Shown: piece after piece, positions 48,663 through 58,527 of the stretch
Numbering within the stretch: the first letter of the stretch is position 1
Layout of the letters: each line of letters starts with the position of its first letter
Source: Planctomycetota bacterium
GTDB lineage: Bacteria > Planctomycetota > UBA1135 > GCA-002686595
Direction: 5' to 3'
Assembly (NCBI GenBank): GCA_043754695.1
Contig: JAYUUV010000009.1
Span: 670 to 64,669, forward strand
Length of the DNA: 64,000 bases
Notes under the pieces: model-generated
What the model was told of the DNA's origin: nothing
Database searches by the model: none
The model's input: only the letters and a program-made list of their open reading frames with translations
Translations under genes and position numbers: made by a program

Positions 48663-51569
48663 TCATTTCTTTTCCTGCAGCGCGCGCTCGAGGTCGACGA
48701 CCAGGCCGTCGAGCGGATCGATCTTGCGCGCGCGCTGCAGCAGGGCGCGCGCCTCGTCCTGCTCGGCCAAGTTGGCCAGACACAAAGCCAGGCCGGCGAG
48801 CACCGTCGGCGAATCGGGCATCGATTGCTGCAATGCGCGATAGATCAATTTCGCGCGCGCGAACTGTGATTGATCGAGCCAGGCCTTGGCCACGCGTGCA
48901 GCTTCGATGGGCGAAGATTGCACGATTTGAGTCGCGGCCGCCGCCAATTCCTCGGCGTCCTTGGGCGGCGCCCAGACCAGCTGGTCGGCGAGCGCCGCGC
49001 TGTCGTCGGGCAGGTAGGCGAGCAGCAATTCGTTCATGGCGAAAGCCTTGATCGCGTCGTTGCGCGCAATCAGCGCGCGCTTGTGGCCGCGCAAAGCATT
49101 GGCCTGGGGCTCGCTCCAGCCCCAATCGGTGATCAGGCGCGCGGTGTAGCGCGGATCGAAGGCTGCATAAATCGCGTCCATGGGTTTGCGCGACTTGGTG
49201 AACTTGATCTCGAACAGATCGCGCGGCGCTTCGAACTCCAGGCGCATGTTGGCGTCGGTGTTGATGGCGCTTTCGCCGTCCTGTTTGCACAGGGCCTTCA
49301 GGTCTTCGTCTTCTAGCATCAGGACGCTGAGCAAAAGCGTGCGCACGTCGGCGCTGGCGAAATACTGCAGCAGGTCCTCGCGCACGTCGGCCATCGCGTC
49401 GAGTGTTTCCTGGGCGCGGTCGAGCAGCGCGCCTGGCGGCACGATCGGGTCGGACGAGCACAACAGCAGCGTGTCGTACTCGTTGATGCGCAACAGCGCG
49501 ACCTTGGGAAACACGCTTTGCGCGGTGTTCGCGACCAAGGCGTACTGCGTGGCCGACAATCCGTAGGTCTGCAGCCACTGCACGAAGATTCCGCCGCGCG
49601 CGAGGCGCGAACGCGCAGTCGCGTAGAACTCCTGCGTGTACAAATTCGAGATCCCGGCGATCCAGGGATTCGACGGTTCGGAGATGATCAGGTCGTAAGC
49701 CGTGTCGTGGGCCTGCAGGAAATTGCGGCCATCGTCGATGACCTGATGGAAACGCGGCGAACCGTGCGGGTTCTTGTTCTCTGGGGCAAAGAAGCGCGCA
49801 GCCTCGGCGATCGAAGGCTCGAGCTCGCAGCAGGTGACCTCGGTCTTCGGGAACAGCAGCGCCGCGCCCGCGGTCGTGCCCGATCCCATGCCGATCACCA
49901 GCACCGATTGGGCTTGTGGCCGCAGCAGCATCGAAAAATACGCCGCGCCCAGTTGCATCGGCATGTCTTCCCAATTGGAGGCGTCGACCTTGCCGTTGAC
50001 GCGCAAGTTCTTGATTCGCGGCGGTGCGCTGCGCGTGGTCTCGTCGGCATCGACTTCGAGCGCCAGCACGTTCGCGCTGGCGCCTTCTTTGAAGAACAAC
50101 ACGCGCGCGCGGTCGCTGCGCAGGACATCGGTTTTCTCGGCGTAGAGATACGATCCGAGGTTGGTGGCGCGCACGTCGTCCGAACGCCAGGGCGCGATGA
50201 TCATCGCCACCGCCGCCACGGCCAGGCCCAGCTCCGCCTCGCGACCGTTCCAGCGCGGAGCGAGGGCCAAGAGCAGCGCGGCGACATAGCAAAGCAGCGC
50301 GAGCATGGTCGTGGCCTGCGAGCCGATCCAGGGCACGAGCAGCGTGAACGCTGACAGCGCGCCTGCGATCGAGCCGAGCGTGTTCCAGGCGTAGATGCGC
50401 CCGACGCTGGTTCCCGCGCGCGTGGCGCTAGAGCCGAGCAAGGCGATCAAGGCCGGAAAGAAAATGCCCATCGCAAAGGTGGCGACGAGTTCGAGCGCGG
50501 CGCTCATTGCGCTGCACAAGGCGGCATTGAACAGCGGCGAGGCGCGCTGATCGCGCAGCGTGCCGGCGAGGTGCGCGAGCGAAGGCTCCAAGAGTCGGCC
50601 GCAAAGTGTGCCGACGACGACCAGCAAGGCTGCGATCGCGATCCAGCGCCGCGGCGTGCCGAAGCGCTCGCCGAAAAGGGCGAAAGCAAGACTGCCCGCG
50701 GCCAGGCCGGCGATGAACACGACCACCAGAGCCGTGAACGCGTACGTCGTCGGGCCAACGATCAGGGAAAGCTCGCGGCCCCAGAGCATTTGCAGGCTCA
50801 ACGCGCCGAATCCAGCCAGCAAAGCCGCGGCATGGACCGCGATCGCAGGTGGGGGCGCTTGTGCGCTGACGGATTCCGCGATCGTTTTCTCCGCGGAAAA
50901 CTCGAGCACGACAGGTCGCGCCGCGCCGCGCGCTTGCGCTCGATCCGTGAGCAGTGCCAGCACGCCGATCAGGGCGCTGCCACCCGCGGTGGCGAAGTTC
51001 GTTCCGTCCAGGCCGATCGCCGGCAGCAGATAGAACCCCGCGATCCACGCGCCCATGGCCGCGCCCGCCGCATTGAACGCGTACAGCCAGGCGGACGCGC
51101 GGCCGACCGAAGTACCTTGCACCGCGAGCCAGCGCACCAAGAGCGGCAGCGTCGCTCCCATCAGGATGCATGCCGGTGCGATAGCGAAAAAAGTCGTCGC
51201 CACGCGCACGGCTGTCAGCGCGAGCGAATGATTTTCCAGGGAAGGTGTCGCCAGCGCCGCGATGCGCGCGCACCACGGCGAAACCAGCGGCACGCACACG
51301 GCCCACAGTGCGATCCCGAATTCGCACAGGCCATAGGCGAACAATGGCCGCGACATACGATCGGCGCGCGCGCCGATCAGCCACGCACCGAGGCCTAGAC
51401 CGGCGAGGAACGAAGCGACGACGCTGGCCATGGCCAGCGAACTCGAACCCCAGACGTGGGCGAAGCGCTTGAACCAGAGCACTTCGTAGACGAGCGCGCA
51501 GGCTCCCGAGGCCACGAAGTAAAGCGTGGCGCCGATTTCGAAGGCGCGCGTGCGCTGCGGAGTCGACAT
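48663..51569 (-). CDS. Fused polytopic membrane domain / spermidine-synthase-like methyltransferase-fold / TPR protein
   Basis: The N-terminal ~480 aa are multi-TM (FVASGACALVYEVLWFKRF…). Then comes VLVIGMGSGTTAGAALL…YDLIISEPSNPWIAG (spermidine synthase-like), followed by C-terminal TPR-like helices. Confidence 0.75.
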   Translation of the reverse strand: MSTPQRTRAFEIGATLYFVASGACALVYEVLWFKRFAHVWGSSSLAMASVVASFLAGLGLGAWLIGARADRMSRPLFAYGLCEFGIALWAVCVPLVSPWCARIAALATPSLENHSLALTAVRVATTFFAIAPACILMGATLPLLVRWLAVQGTSVGRASAWLYAFNAAGAAMGAWIAGFYLLPAIGLDGTNFATAGGSALIGVLALLTDRAQARGAARPVVLEFSAEKTIAESVSAQAPPPAIAVHAAALLAGFGALSLQMLWGRELSLIVGPTTYAFTALVVVFIAGLAAGSLAFALFGERFGTPRRWIAIAALLVVVGTLCGRLLEPSLAHLAGTLRDQRASPLFNAALCSAMSAALELVATFAMGIFFPALIALLGSSATRAGTSVGRIYAWNTLGSIAGALSAFTLLVPWIGSQATTMLALLCYVAALLLALAPRWNGREAELGLAVAAVAMIIAPWRSDDVRATNLGSYLYAEKTDVLRSDRARVLFFKEGASANVLALEVDADETTRSAPPRIKNLRVNGKVDASNWEDMPMQLGAAYFSMLLRPQAQSVLVIGMGSGTTAGAALLFPKTEVTCCELEPSIAEAARFFAPENKNPHGSPRFHQVIDDGRNFLQAHDTAYDLIISEPSNPWIAGISNLYTQEFYATARSRLARGGIFVQWLQTYGLSATQYALVANTAQSVFPKVALLRINEYDTLLLCSSDPIVPPGALLDRAQETLDAMADVREDLLQYFASADVRTLLLSVLMLEDEDLKALCKQDGESAINTDANMRLEFEAPRDLFEIKFTKSRKPMDAIYAAFDPRYTARLITDWGWSEPQANALRGHKRALIARNDAIKAFAMNELLLAYLPDDSAALADQLVWAPPKDAEELAAAATQIVQSSPIEAARVAKAWLDQSQFARAKLIYRALQQSMPDSPTVLAGLALCLANLAEQDEARALLQRARKIDPLDGLVVDLERALQEKK

Positions 51570-51572
51570 CGT

Positions 51573-52757
51573 TCAGGAAGTCTGCGCAAGAAACGCGGCT
51601 TGGGCGGCTTCAACAGCGCTCGAAGGAACTTTTCGGCCTTCGGCGCGCAGGCACGCGGCCAGAGCATCGAGGATCAGCACGACATTGCGCAGGCTGGCTC
51701 CGCTGCCCATCATCCCCACGCGCCACAGGCGGCCCTTGTGGGCCCCGAGTCCGCCGGAGATCTCGATTCCGTAGTCCGCGAGCAGCCGCTTGCGCACGCG
51801 CAGGTCATCGACGCCCGTCGGAATCGTGATCGCGGTGACCTGCGGCAAGGCATCGGCGTCAGGCACGAGCAATTCCAGTCCGAGTTCGCGCACGCCGGCG
51901 CGCAGGGCCCGGCCGATCCGCGCGTGGCGTTCGAAGCGCGCTTCGAGACCTTCGATATGGACCAGCCGCGCGGCTTCGTGCAGCGCGACCAACAAGTTGG
52001 ACGAGATCGTGTGGTGATAACCGCGCTCGCCGCCCCAGAAGCGCATCAGGAGATTCATGTCGAGATAGAAACTGCGTTGTGACGCGGCGCGCTCGCCGAT
52101 GCGCTGCTGCGCGCGCGCGGAAAAAGTCACCGGCGAAAGTCCGGGCACGCACGACATGCCCTTTTGCGAACAGGAGTAGGCCGCGTCGACGCCCATGGCG
52201 TCGGCATTCACCGGCATGCAGCCCAGCGACGTGACCGCATCGACGACAAAAAACGCGCCCAGTTCGCGCGCGAGTTCGGCGAGCGGCGCGAGGTCCTGAC
52301 GCACTCCGGTCGAAGTCTCCGCGTGCACCGCGCAGAGCACCGACACTTTGTTGCCCGCGGCGGCCTTGCGCAGGCGCGCGACGTCGGCCGGGCGGCCCCA
52401 TTCGTGTTCGACGGCGATCACGCGCGCTCCGCCACGGCGGGCGACTTCGAGCATGCGCGCGCCAAAGTAACCACCGACGGCGACGAGCACCGCTTCGCCG
52501 GGCTCGATCAAGTTGACCAGCGCGCCTTCCATGCCCGCCGTGCCGGTGCCCGAGAAGGCGATCGTCCAGGGATTCTGTGTCCCGAAGATCGGCCGCAGCA
52601 GCCCAGAGATCTGATCCTGCACCTCGAGCAGGACCGGGTCGAGGTGGCCGATGGTCGGCTGTGCCAGGGCGCGCAGCACCGAGGGAGCGACGGGGGAGGG
52701 ACCGGGGCCCAGCAGCAGCCGGTCGGGGGTAATGCAGGCTTGGATCGATTGATTCAC
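51573..52757 (-). CDS. Class V aminotransferase (serine-pyruvate/alanine-glyoxylate aminotransferase-like)
   Basis: LLLGPGPSPVAPSVLRA…FSGTGTAGMEGALVN…FVVDAVTSLG…AYSCSQKGMSCVPGLS carries the PLP-Lys in SxQK. Confidence 0.85.
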   Translation of the reverse strand: MNQSIQACITPDRLLLGPGPSPVAPSVLRALAQPTIGHLDPVLLEVQDQISGLLRPIFGTQNPWTIAFSGTGTAGMEGALVNLIEPGEAVLVAVGGYFGARMLEVARRGGARVIAVEHEWGRPADVARLRKAAAGNKVSVLCAVHAETSTGVRQDLAPLAELARELGAFFVVDAVTSLGCMPVNADAMGVDAAYSCSQKGMSCVPGLSPVTFSARAQQRIGERAASQRSFYLDMNLLMRFWGGERGYHHTISSNLLVALHEAARLVHIEGLEARFERHARIGRALRAGVRELGLELLVPDADALPQVTAITIPTGVDDLRVRKRLLADYGIEISGGLGAHKGRLWRVGMMGSGASLRNVVLILDALAACLRAEGRKVPSSAVEAAQAAFLAQTS

Positions 52758-52880
52758 GGGGCCTAGTTTGCCGCCGCGTGCGGCCTGGCGCGAACCCTGA
52801 CGAAAAGCCGCGTAGATTTCTCCAACGCTGCTTCAACCGGCCCGTAGCGACTGCGGCGCTCAGGCGTCCACCCCCCTCAG

Positions 52881-53270
52881 ATGTCACGACGAAGTTCTTC
52901 TCGCCCGACCGACGCCGAACTGGAGATCCTGCGGATCCTTTGGCGACGGGGTACGATCTCCGTGCGCGATGTCCACGATGAGCTCAATCTGACCCGGCCG
53001 ACCGGCTATACCACGGCGTTGAAACTGTTGCAGATCATGACCGACAAGGGCTTGGTGCGCCGAGACGAGTCGAGCCGTGCCCACCTGTACCAGGCGGTCG
53101 AGTCGCAGGAGGGCACGCAGGGCAAGCTGGTGGCGGATCTGGTCGAACGCGCCTTTGGAGGATCGGCGTCGGACTTGGTCCAGCGCGCGCTCAGCCAATC
53201 GCAGGCGCGCCCCGACGAATTGGCCACGATTCGCTCGCTGATCGAGGATCTCGAACGCCGCGGGTCCTGA
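52881..53270 (+). CDS. BlaI/MecI/CopY-family transcriptional repressor
   Basis: LEILRILWRRGTISVRDVHDEL…GYTTALKLLQIMTDKGLVRRDESSRAHLYQA is the winged-helix Penicillinase_R signature. Length is 129 aa. Confidence 0.85.
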   Translation: MSRRSSSRPTDAELEILRILWRRGTISVRDVHDELNLTRPTGYTTALKLLQIMTDKGLVRRDESSRAHLYQAVESQEGTQGKLVADLVERAFGGSASDLVQRALSQSQARPDELATIRSLIEDLERRGS

Positions 53271-53299
53271 AGGCCATGGCGCCGGGCTGAAGTTCGAGC

Positions 53300-54694
53300 A
53301 TGCAGGCAGCAACTGTGGAGCTGGCGGGCACGGGCTGGGCGGCAGAATACGCTCACGCGCTGACCTGGACGTTTTTGCACTCGCTCTGGATCGGTGCCTC
53401 CGTCGCGTGTTGCCTGTACGGATTCCTGCGCCTGGTGCACGTGCGCCGCGCGCGTTTACGTTACGCGGCGAGCACCGGCGCGCTGTTCAGTGTGCCGCTG
53501 ATCGCGCTGTGGACACTTTCGCGCGAGCTGGACACCGAGGCCGGCGATTTTTTCTCTCTGCTCGACCAGGCAAGTTCCGAGGGAGCGCCGTTCTCCAGCG
53601 CAATCTTCGGTTCGCTGGGGATGTTAGTCGCCTGGGCCGACGAGTTGCGCGCGTCGCTGGCCGGGCGCCTGGAGCCGCTCGAAGAGACGCTAGCGCTTTC
53701 GTGGGCGCTCTTGGCGCTGCTCGCACTCGTGCGTGTCGGTGGCGGTTTTGCGTTGCTTGCGCGTCGCGCCTCGCGCGAATTCAGGCCCGCCGCACCCGAC
53801 TGCCAAGTTCGGCTGGCCCTGCTTGCACGGCGACTTGGCATCGCGCGCCGCGTCAGGCTGTATTGGAGCGACGCGGCCGAAGTGCCGATGGCGGTCGGTG
53901 CGTTTCGCCCGAAGGTCGTGCTGCCCAGCACGCTTCGCGAACAGGTCGAGCGCGGTGAGCTCGATCTCGTGCTGCTGCACGAGTTGGCCCACGTGCGCCG
54001 CGGCGACGGTTTCGCGCGGCTGATCGAAGCCGTGTTTCAAGCGCTTTTCGTGCTGCATCCTTGCATGCCTTGGATCGCGGCGCGCGTCGCGCGGGAACGC
54101 GAGCACTGCTGCGACGACATCGCCGTCGGTGCCGGAGCCGATCGCCTCGGTTACGTCCGCGCCTTGGCCGAATTGGAAACGTCGCGCTGCGAGCGCAGCG
54201 CGCGCAGGCGGCGTTGGTGGCGTCCGGTGCTTGTCAGGGAGCCCGCCCTGCGTGCGACCGATGGTGCGCTCGTCGAGCGCATCCGCCGCTTGACTTCGCT
54301 GACGCAAAAACCGCCGCGCACGGTTTTCGTGCCGGCCTGTGCGGGCTTGTTGCTGGGCGCCAGCGGCCTCGCGCTCGGTGCGCTGCCGACCCATGACCTG
54401 CGCGGCGCGAACGTAGCCTTCGTCCCTGCGACACCGGCGGGGATCGAGCGCAGCTTCGACGTGACCGTGACGAGCGCGCACCCAAGCGGCGAGAGCGATC
54501 CGTCCGCGCGACCGATGATCGCGCGCATGATCGTGTTGAACCACGCTGTCGAGGCGAGCGGCGGCGAACCCGCGAAGTTCGTGATCGGCGAAGCGATCGA
54601 ACTCCGGCGCGGAATGCCGCTTGGGGAGACGGACTTCGCTGTGCATCCCGCGCAACCGATCGTTCGCATTCGCGCGCTCAGGTCGGCTCGCTAG
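53300..54694 (+). CDS. BlaR1-like M56 peptidase membrane sensor (no penicillin-binding domain recognised)
   Basis: The N-terminal TM segments are followed by LVLLHELAHVRRGD (HExxH) and …EREHCCDD. The C-terminal ~180 aa are unrecognised. It lies 29 nt downstream of the blaI-like gene. Confidence 0.8.
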   Translation: MQAATVELAGTGWAAEYAHALTWTFLHSLWIGASVACCLYGFLRLVHVRRARLRYAASTGALFSVPLIALWTLSRELDTEAGDFFSLLDQASSEGAPFSSAIFGSLGMLVAWADELRASLAGRLEPLEETLALSWALLALLALVRVGGGFALLARRASREFRPAAPDCQVRLALLARRLGIARRVRLYWSDAAEVPMAVGAFRPKVVLPSTLREQVERGELDLVLLHELAHVRRGDGFARLIEAVFQALFVLHPCMPWIAARVAREREHCCDDIAVGAGADRLGYVRALAELETSRCERSARRRRWWRPVLVREPALRATDGALVERIRRLTSLTQKPPRTVFVPACAGLLLGASGLALGALPTHDLRGANVAFVPATPAGIERSFDVTVTSAHPSGESDPSARPMIARMIVLNHAVEASGGEPAKFVIGEAIELRRGMPLGETDFAVHPAQPIVRIRALRSAR

Positions 54695-55091
54695 CTTTCG
54701 GGATCACGCGCAGCAGAAGTTCCTTGAAGGAGCGCGCGCTCTGTGCGCCCTCGCTGCCGGCGAGGAAGCGGCCGTCGGCATCGGCGAAGATCGCGAAGGG
54801 CAGGCTCATCGCGTCGGGCATGTTTTCCGCCAGCGCCAAGACCTCGTCTTCGGGGTCGTCGCAGTCACTGGCCAGGGCGACGCAATGTCGCGCCACGAGC
54901 GGGGCGACTTCAGCGTGGGGCAAGACACCCTGGACAAGCGCGCGGCAATTGCCGCACTGCTCGCGGCCGAACTCGACGAAGATCAGTTTGCCTTCGCGCC
55001 GGGCCTGGGCCTGAGCCACGCTCCAGCGTGTATTCCAGTCCAGGGTCGCGCGGTCGTCGAAGTGGGGATGGGGCCTAAGCGGGGTGGTCAT
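54678..55091 (-). CDS. Thioredoxin-fold protein (CxxC = CGNC)
   Basis: GKLIFVEFGREQCGNCRAL… is a thioredoxin-like/DUF255-like context. The 3' end overlaps the convergent BlaR1-like gene by 17 nt. Confidence 0.7.
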   Translation of the reverse strand: MTTPLRPHPHFDDRATLDWNTRWSVAQAQARREGKLIFVEFGREQCGNCRALVQGVLPHAEVAPLVARHCVALASDCDDPEDEVLALAENMPDAMSLPFAIFADADGRFLAGSEGAQSARSFKELLLRVIPKASEPT

Positions 55092-55212
55092 GGGCTCGAT
55101 TGTCGCCGGAACGGGACCCGCAGGCGATGGTGCTCAAGCCCATGCCCAAGGGAGGCCGACTTCAGCGAGACCCGCCGATATTGACGGGGCTCGCAAGCAG
55201 AGGACTCCAAGT

Positions 55213-55512
55213 ATGACTGCCGCTCAACCTTCGCGGGACGAACCCGCGCACAACGGAGTTGACGAAGCACGAGTTTCGCCGCGCCATCCGACGAGCGTGT
55301 CGGTGCGCATCGCGATCGAGACGCTGGAATTTGGCGGCCAGGCGGACAACCTTTCCGCCGGCGGCATTTTTCTGTTCACGCCCGACAAGATCCGCGTGCG
55401 CGTGCTGCTCGACGAAGGCGGTGAATTGCGCAGCTTTTCCGGCAGGATTGCACGCGTGCAGCAGATGAACGCCGAGCAAAGCGGTTTCGCGATCGAGTTC
55501 GACCGCGAGTAG
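55213..55512 (+). CDS. PilZ-domain protein (99 aa)
   Basis: RVSPR (RxxxR) and DNLSAGG (D/NxSxxG) are at the proper spacing. The ATG at 55213 is preferred over the upstream start in the ORF track. Confidence 0.65.
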   Translation: MTAAQPSRDEPAHNGVDEARVSPRHPTSVSVRIAIETLEFGGQADNLSAGGIFLFTPDKIRVRVLLDEGGELRSFSGRIARVQQMNAEQSGFAIEFDRE

Positions 55513-55534
55513 AACCGCCTGAGTTTGGATGGCC

Positions 55535-56980
55535 TCAGTGCAGCGTGTCCAGGAAGTATTTGGGCAGCACACCCATCGCGATCACGAACAGCACGCACAC
55601 GGCTGTGGCCAGCGCCACCGGGAACGTCGAAGCCTGGGGCTTGGTCGCCGCCGTGGCTTTGCTTTCGTCCTGCATGTACATGGCCACGATCACGCGCAGG
55701 TAGTAGGCCATGCCTACGACCGAAAGCAGCGCGCCGATCACTGTCGCGGCGACAAAGCCGGAGCGATAGGAAACGCTGAACACGAACCACTTGCCCAAGA
55801 ATCCGCCGGTGGCCGGGATGCCGCCCAGCGACAGCATGAACAGCGCCATCGCCGCCGCCACGAAGGGCCGGCGTTGCGCCAGGCCCTTGAGCGCGTCGAA
55901 AGTGGTGGCCTGCTCGCCGTCGTGCTCGAGCACGGCCAAGAGTCCGAAAGCACCCGCGGCAGTGAACACGTACGCTCCGAGATAGAAGATCGCGGCGGCG
56001 AAGGCTTCGTCTTGGCGGACCACACCGCTCAGATAACCGGAGATCACCAGCAAAATAGTTCCGGCGTGCGCGATGCCGGAGTACGCCAGCATGCGCTTGA
56101 TGTCCTTCTGCATCAGCGCGCCGAGGTTTCCGATCGCCATCGTGATCACGGCGATCGCGACGATCAGCGAGGCCTGCGTCGGCGGAATCAGGAACGCCGC
56201 GTTGAGCAAGAAAGCGAAAGCCGCGGCCTTGGTGCCCGTGGCCATCAAGGCTGTCACCGGGGTCGGGCTGCCTTCGTAGACGTCCGGCACCCACAGATGG
56301 AAGGGGAACACGCTCACCTTGAAGAACACGCTGGCCATGACCAGCGCGACACCGGCCAGGAAAAGCGGCGAGCTGTGGTTCGCACCGCGCAGATCGGCGA
56401 AGGTCACACTGCCGGTCGCCGTGTAGATCAGGCCCGCGCCATAGAGGAAGAACGCGGCCGCGAAGGCTCCGAGCAGGAAGTACTTCAGTCCGGCTTCGAC
56501 CGAGCGCGGATTGTTGCGGCGGAAAGCAGCCAGCGCATAGAGCGGGATCGAAAGCACTTCCAGGCCGATGAAGAAGACCATCAAGTCCTGGGCGCCGGCC
56601 ATCATCGTCATGCCCAGCGGCGTGACCAGCATCAGGAAGTCGTGCTCGCCCTGGAAGGGGCGGTCTTCGCGGTAGTAGTGCACGCTGAACAGCCAGGCGA
56701 GCAACGTCGCGAAGACGAACAGGATGCCCCACAGCGCGCTGGCTTTGTCGGCGACGTAGGTGTTCTGCAGCACCGGCCCGATCGGATGCATCCAGATCGA
56801 GACCTGCGCCGCGGCGGTCGCGATCAAAGTCGCCAGCACGAGCGTGTGCCGCGCCGCGCGCAGGGCGGGAATGACTTCCGCGAGCAAAAGCAGCACGGCG
56901 CCCAGCGAGAGGGCGAACAGTGGCCCCATCGCGCGCAGCGCGTTGTCGTCGAACAGGTGCAGGATGTCTTGCGGATTCAT
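55535..56980 (-). CDS. nuoN: NADH-quinone oxidoreductase subunit N
   Basis: 481-aa polytopic antiporter-like subunit, last gene of the nuo block. The start overlaps the nuoM stop. Confidence 0.9.
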   Translation of the reverse strand: MNPQDILHLFDDNALRAMGPLFALSLGAVLLLLAEVIPALRAARHTLVLATLIATAAAQVSIWMHPIGPVLQNTYVADKASALWGILFVFATLLAWLFSVHYYREDRPFQGEHDFLMLVTPLGMTMMAGAQDLMVFFIGLEVLSIPLYALAAFRRNNPRSVEAGLKYFLLGAFAAAFFLYGAGLIYTATGSVTFADLRGANHSSPLFLAGVALVMASVFFKVSVFPFHLWVPDVYEGSPTPVTALMATGTKAAAFAFLLNAAFLIPPTQASLIVAIAVITMAIGNLGALMQKDIKRMLAYSGIAHAGTILLVISGYLSGVVRQDEAFAAAIFYLGAYVFTAAGAFGLLAVLEHDGEQATTFDALKGLAQRRPFVAAAMALFMLSLGGIPATGGFLGKWFVFSVSYRSGFVAATVIGALLSVVGMAYYLRVIVAMYMQDESKATAATKPQASTFPVALATAVCVLFVIAMGVLPKYFLDTLH

Positions 56981-58527
56981 CGGTTGGTTTCCGTCGCCGT
57001 CGCGGTCTCGCCGCCGCGTGGGTCGCTCGGGGCGGAGGCGAATTTCAGCGCGCGCGCTTCGTCGCAGCGGCGCACGATCGCGTCGATCGCCGGTTGCGAA
57101 TTGGCCAGGAACGGCGTCGGCGCGACTCCGATCCAGACGATGAACACGACGATCGGCACCAGCGTCGCGATCTCGCGCAGGGAGAGGTCGGACAACTCGC
57201 GATTCTCACGCTTGTTGAGCGGCCCAAAGAGAACTTTGCGCGTGGCCATCAACAGGTAGATCGAGCCGAAGATCACACCCAGGACGCCGACCACCGCGAG
57301 CCAGCGGTTCGCGTCGAAGGCGCCCTTGAGGATCAGGTACTCGCCGATGAAACCATTCAAGCCCGGCAGCGCCGCCGAGGAGAGCACGGCGATCACCAAG
57401 AAGACCGCGAACAGCGGCATGCTCTGCGCAATGCCGCCGAATTCGTCGAGCGCGCGCGTGTGCCGGCGCTCGTAGATCATGCCGACCAAGAGGAACAACA
57501 TGCCCGTCGACATGCCGTGGCTGACCATCTGCAACACGCCGCCCTGCATGCCCGCGCTGGTCAGGGCGAAGAGGCCCAAGATCACATAGCCCAAGTGGCT
57601 GACCGACGAGCAGGCGACGAGTCGCTTGAGATCGTTCTGCGCCATAGCCAGGAATGCGCCGTACACGATGCCGACCGCGCCGAGCACCATGAACAGCGGC
57701 GCGTGCTCGACCGCCGCGGCGGGGAACATGGCAATGCAGAAGCGCAACAGCCCGTAGGTGCCCATCTTCAACAGCACACCTGCCAGGACCACCGAGCCCG
57801 AGGTCGGCGCCTCGGTGTGCGCGTCGGCGAGCCAGGTGTGGAAGGGCATCACCGGGACCTTGATCGCGAAGGCCAGGGCGAAGCCGGCGAACAGCCAACT
57901 CTGCTTCGCGAGCGGCAGCGCACCCGCCAGTTCGGTCAGGCGCGGAATGTCCGAGCTTTGGAACTGGTAGAGCATCGCGATCACCGCGACGAGCATCACT
58001 AGCGAACCGGCCAGCGTGTACAGGAAGAACTTGATCGTGGCGTAGATGCGCCGTTCGCCGCCCCAGATCCCGACCAGGAAATACAGCGGGATCAGCGAGA
58101 TTTCCCAGAAGAAATAGAACAGCACCATGTCCAGCGACAGGAACACGCCGAGCATGCCGGTCTCCATGACCAGCATCCAGACCATGAATTCCTTGACGCG
58201 TTTCTCGACGTGCCCCCAGGTCGAGAGGATCACGATCGGCATCAAGAGCGAGGTCAGCGCGACCATCAACAGCGAAAGGCCGTCGACGCCGAGTTTGTAG
58301 TAGATCGCAGTGCCGTTGCTAAGTTCGAACCACGGGATGCTGATCACATGCTGCGCGCCGAGGGCCGCAGCGTCGAAATCGCGATAGAGCATCACGCCGA
58401 GCACCGCCACCGCGAGCGTGGTGGCGAGCGCTATCAAGCGCTGCATCTGCGCGGCTGCGGTCGGCGTCAAGAGCACGAGCGCGGCGCCGACCAGCGGCAG
58501 GAAGGTCAGGGCGGTGAGCAGACTCAT
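56977..58527 (-). CDS. nuoM: NADH-quinone oxidoreductase subunit M
   Basis: MSLLTALTFLPLVGAALVLL… starts at the ATG at 58527 and overlaps the nuoL stop (ATGA). The product is 516 aa. The upstream part of the listed 644-aa ORF is read-through. Confidence 0.9.
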   Translation of the reverse strand: MSLLTALTFLPLVGAALVLLTPTAAAQMQRLIALATTLAVAVLGVMLYRDFDAAALGAQHVISIPWFELSNGTAIYYKLGVDGLSLLMVALTSLLMPIVILSTWGHVEKRVKEFMVWMLVMETGMLGVFLSLDMVLFYFFWEISLIPLYFLVGIWGGERRIYATIKFFLYTLAGSLVMLVAVIAMLYQFQSSDIPRLTELAGALPLAKQSWLFAGFALAFAIKVPVMPFHTWLADAHTEAPTSGSVVLAGVLLKMGTYGLLRFCIAMFPAAAVEHAPLFMVLGAVGIVYGAFLAMAQNDLKRLVACSSVSHLGYVILGLFALTSAGMQGGVLQMVSHGMSTGMLFLLVGMIYERRHTRALDEFGGIAQSMPLFAVFLVIAVLSSAALPGLNGFIGEYLILKGAFDANRWLAVVGVLGVIFGSIYLLMATRKVLFGPLNKRENRELSDLSLREIATLVPIVVFIVWIGVAPTPFLANSQPAIDAIVRRCDEARALKFASAPSDPRGGETATATETNR

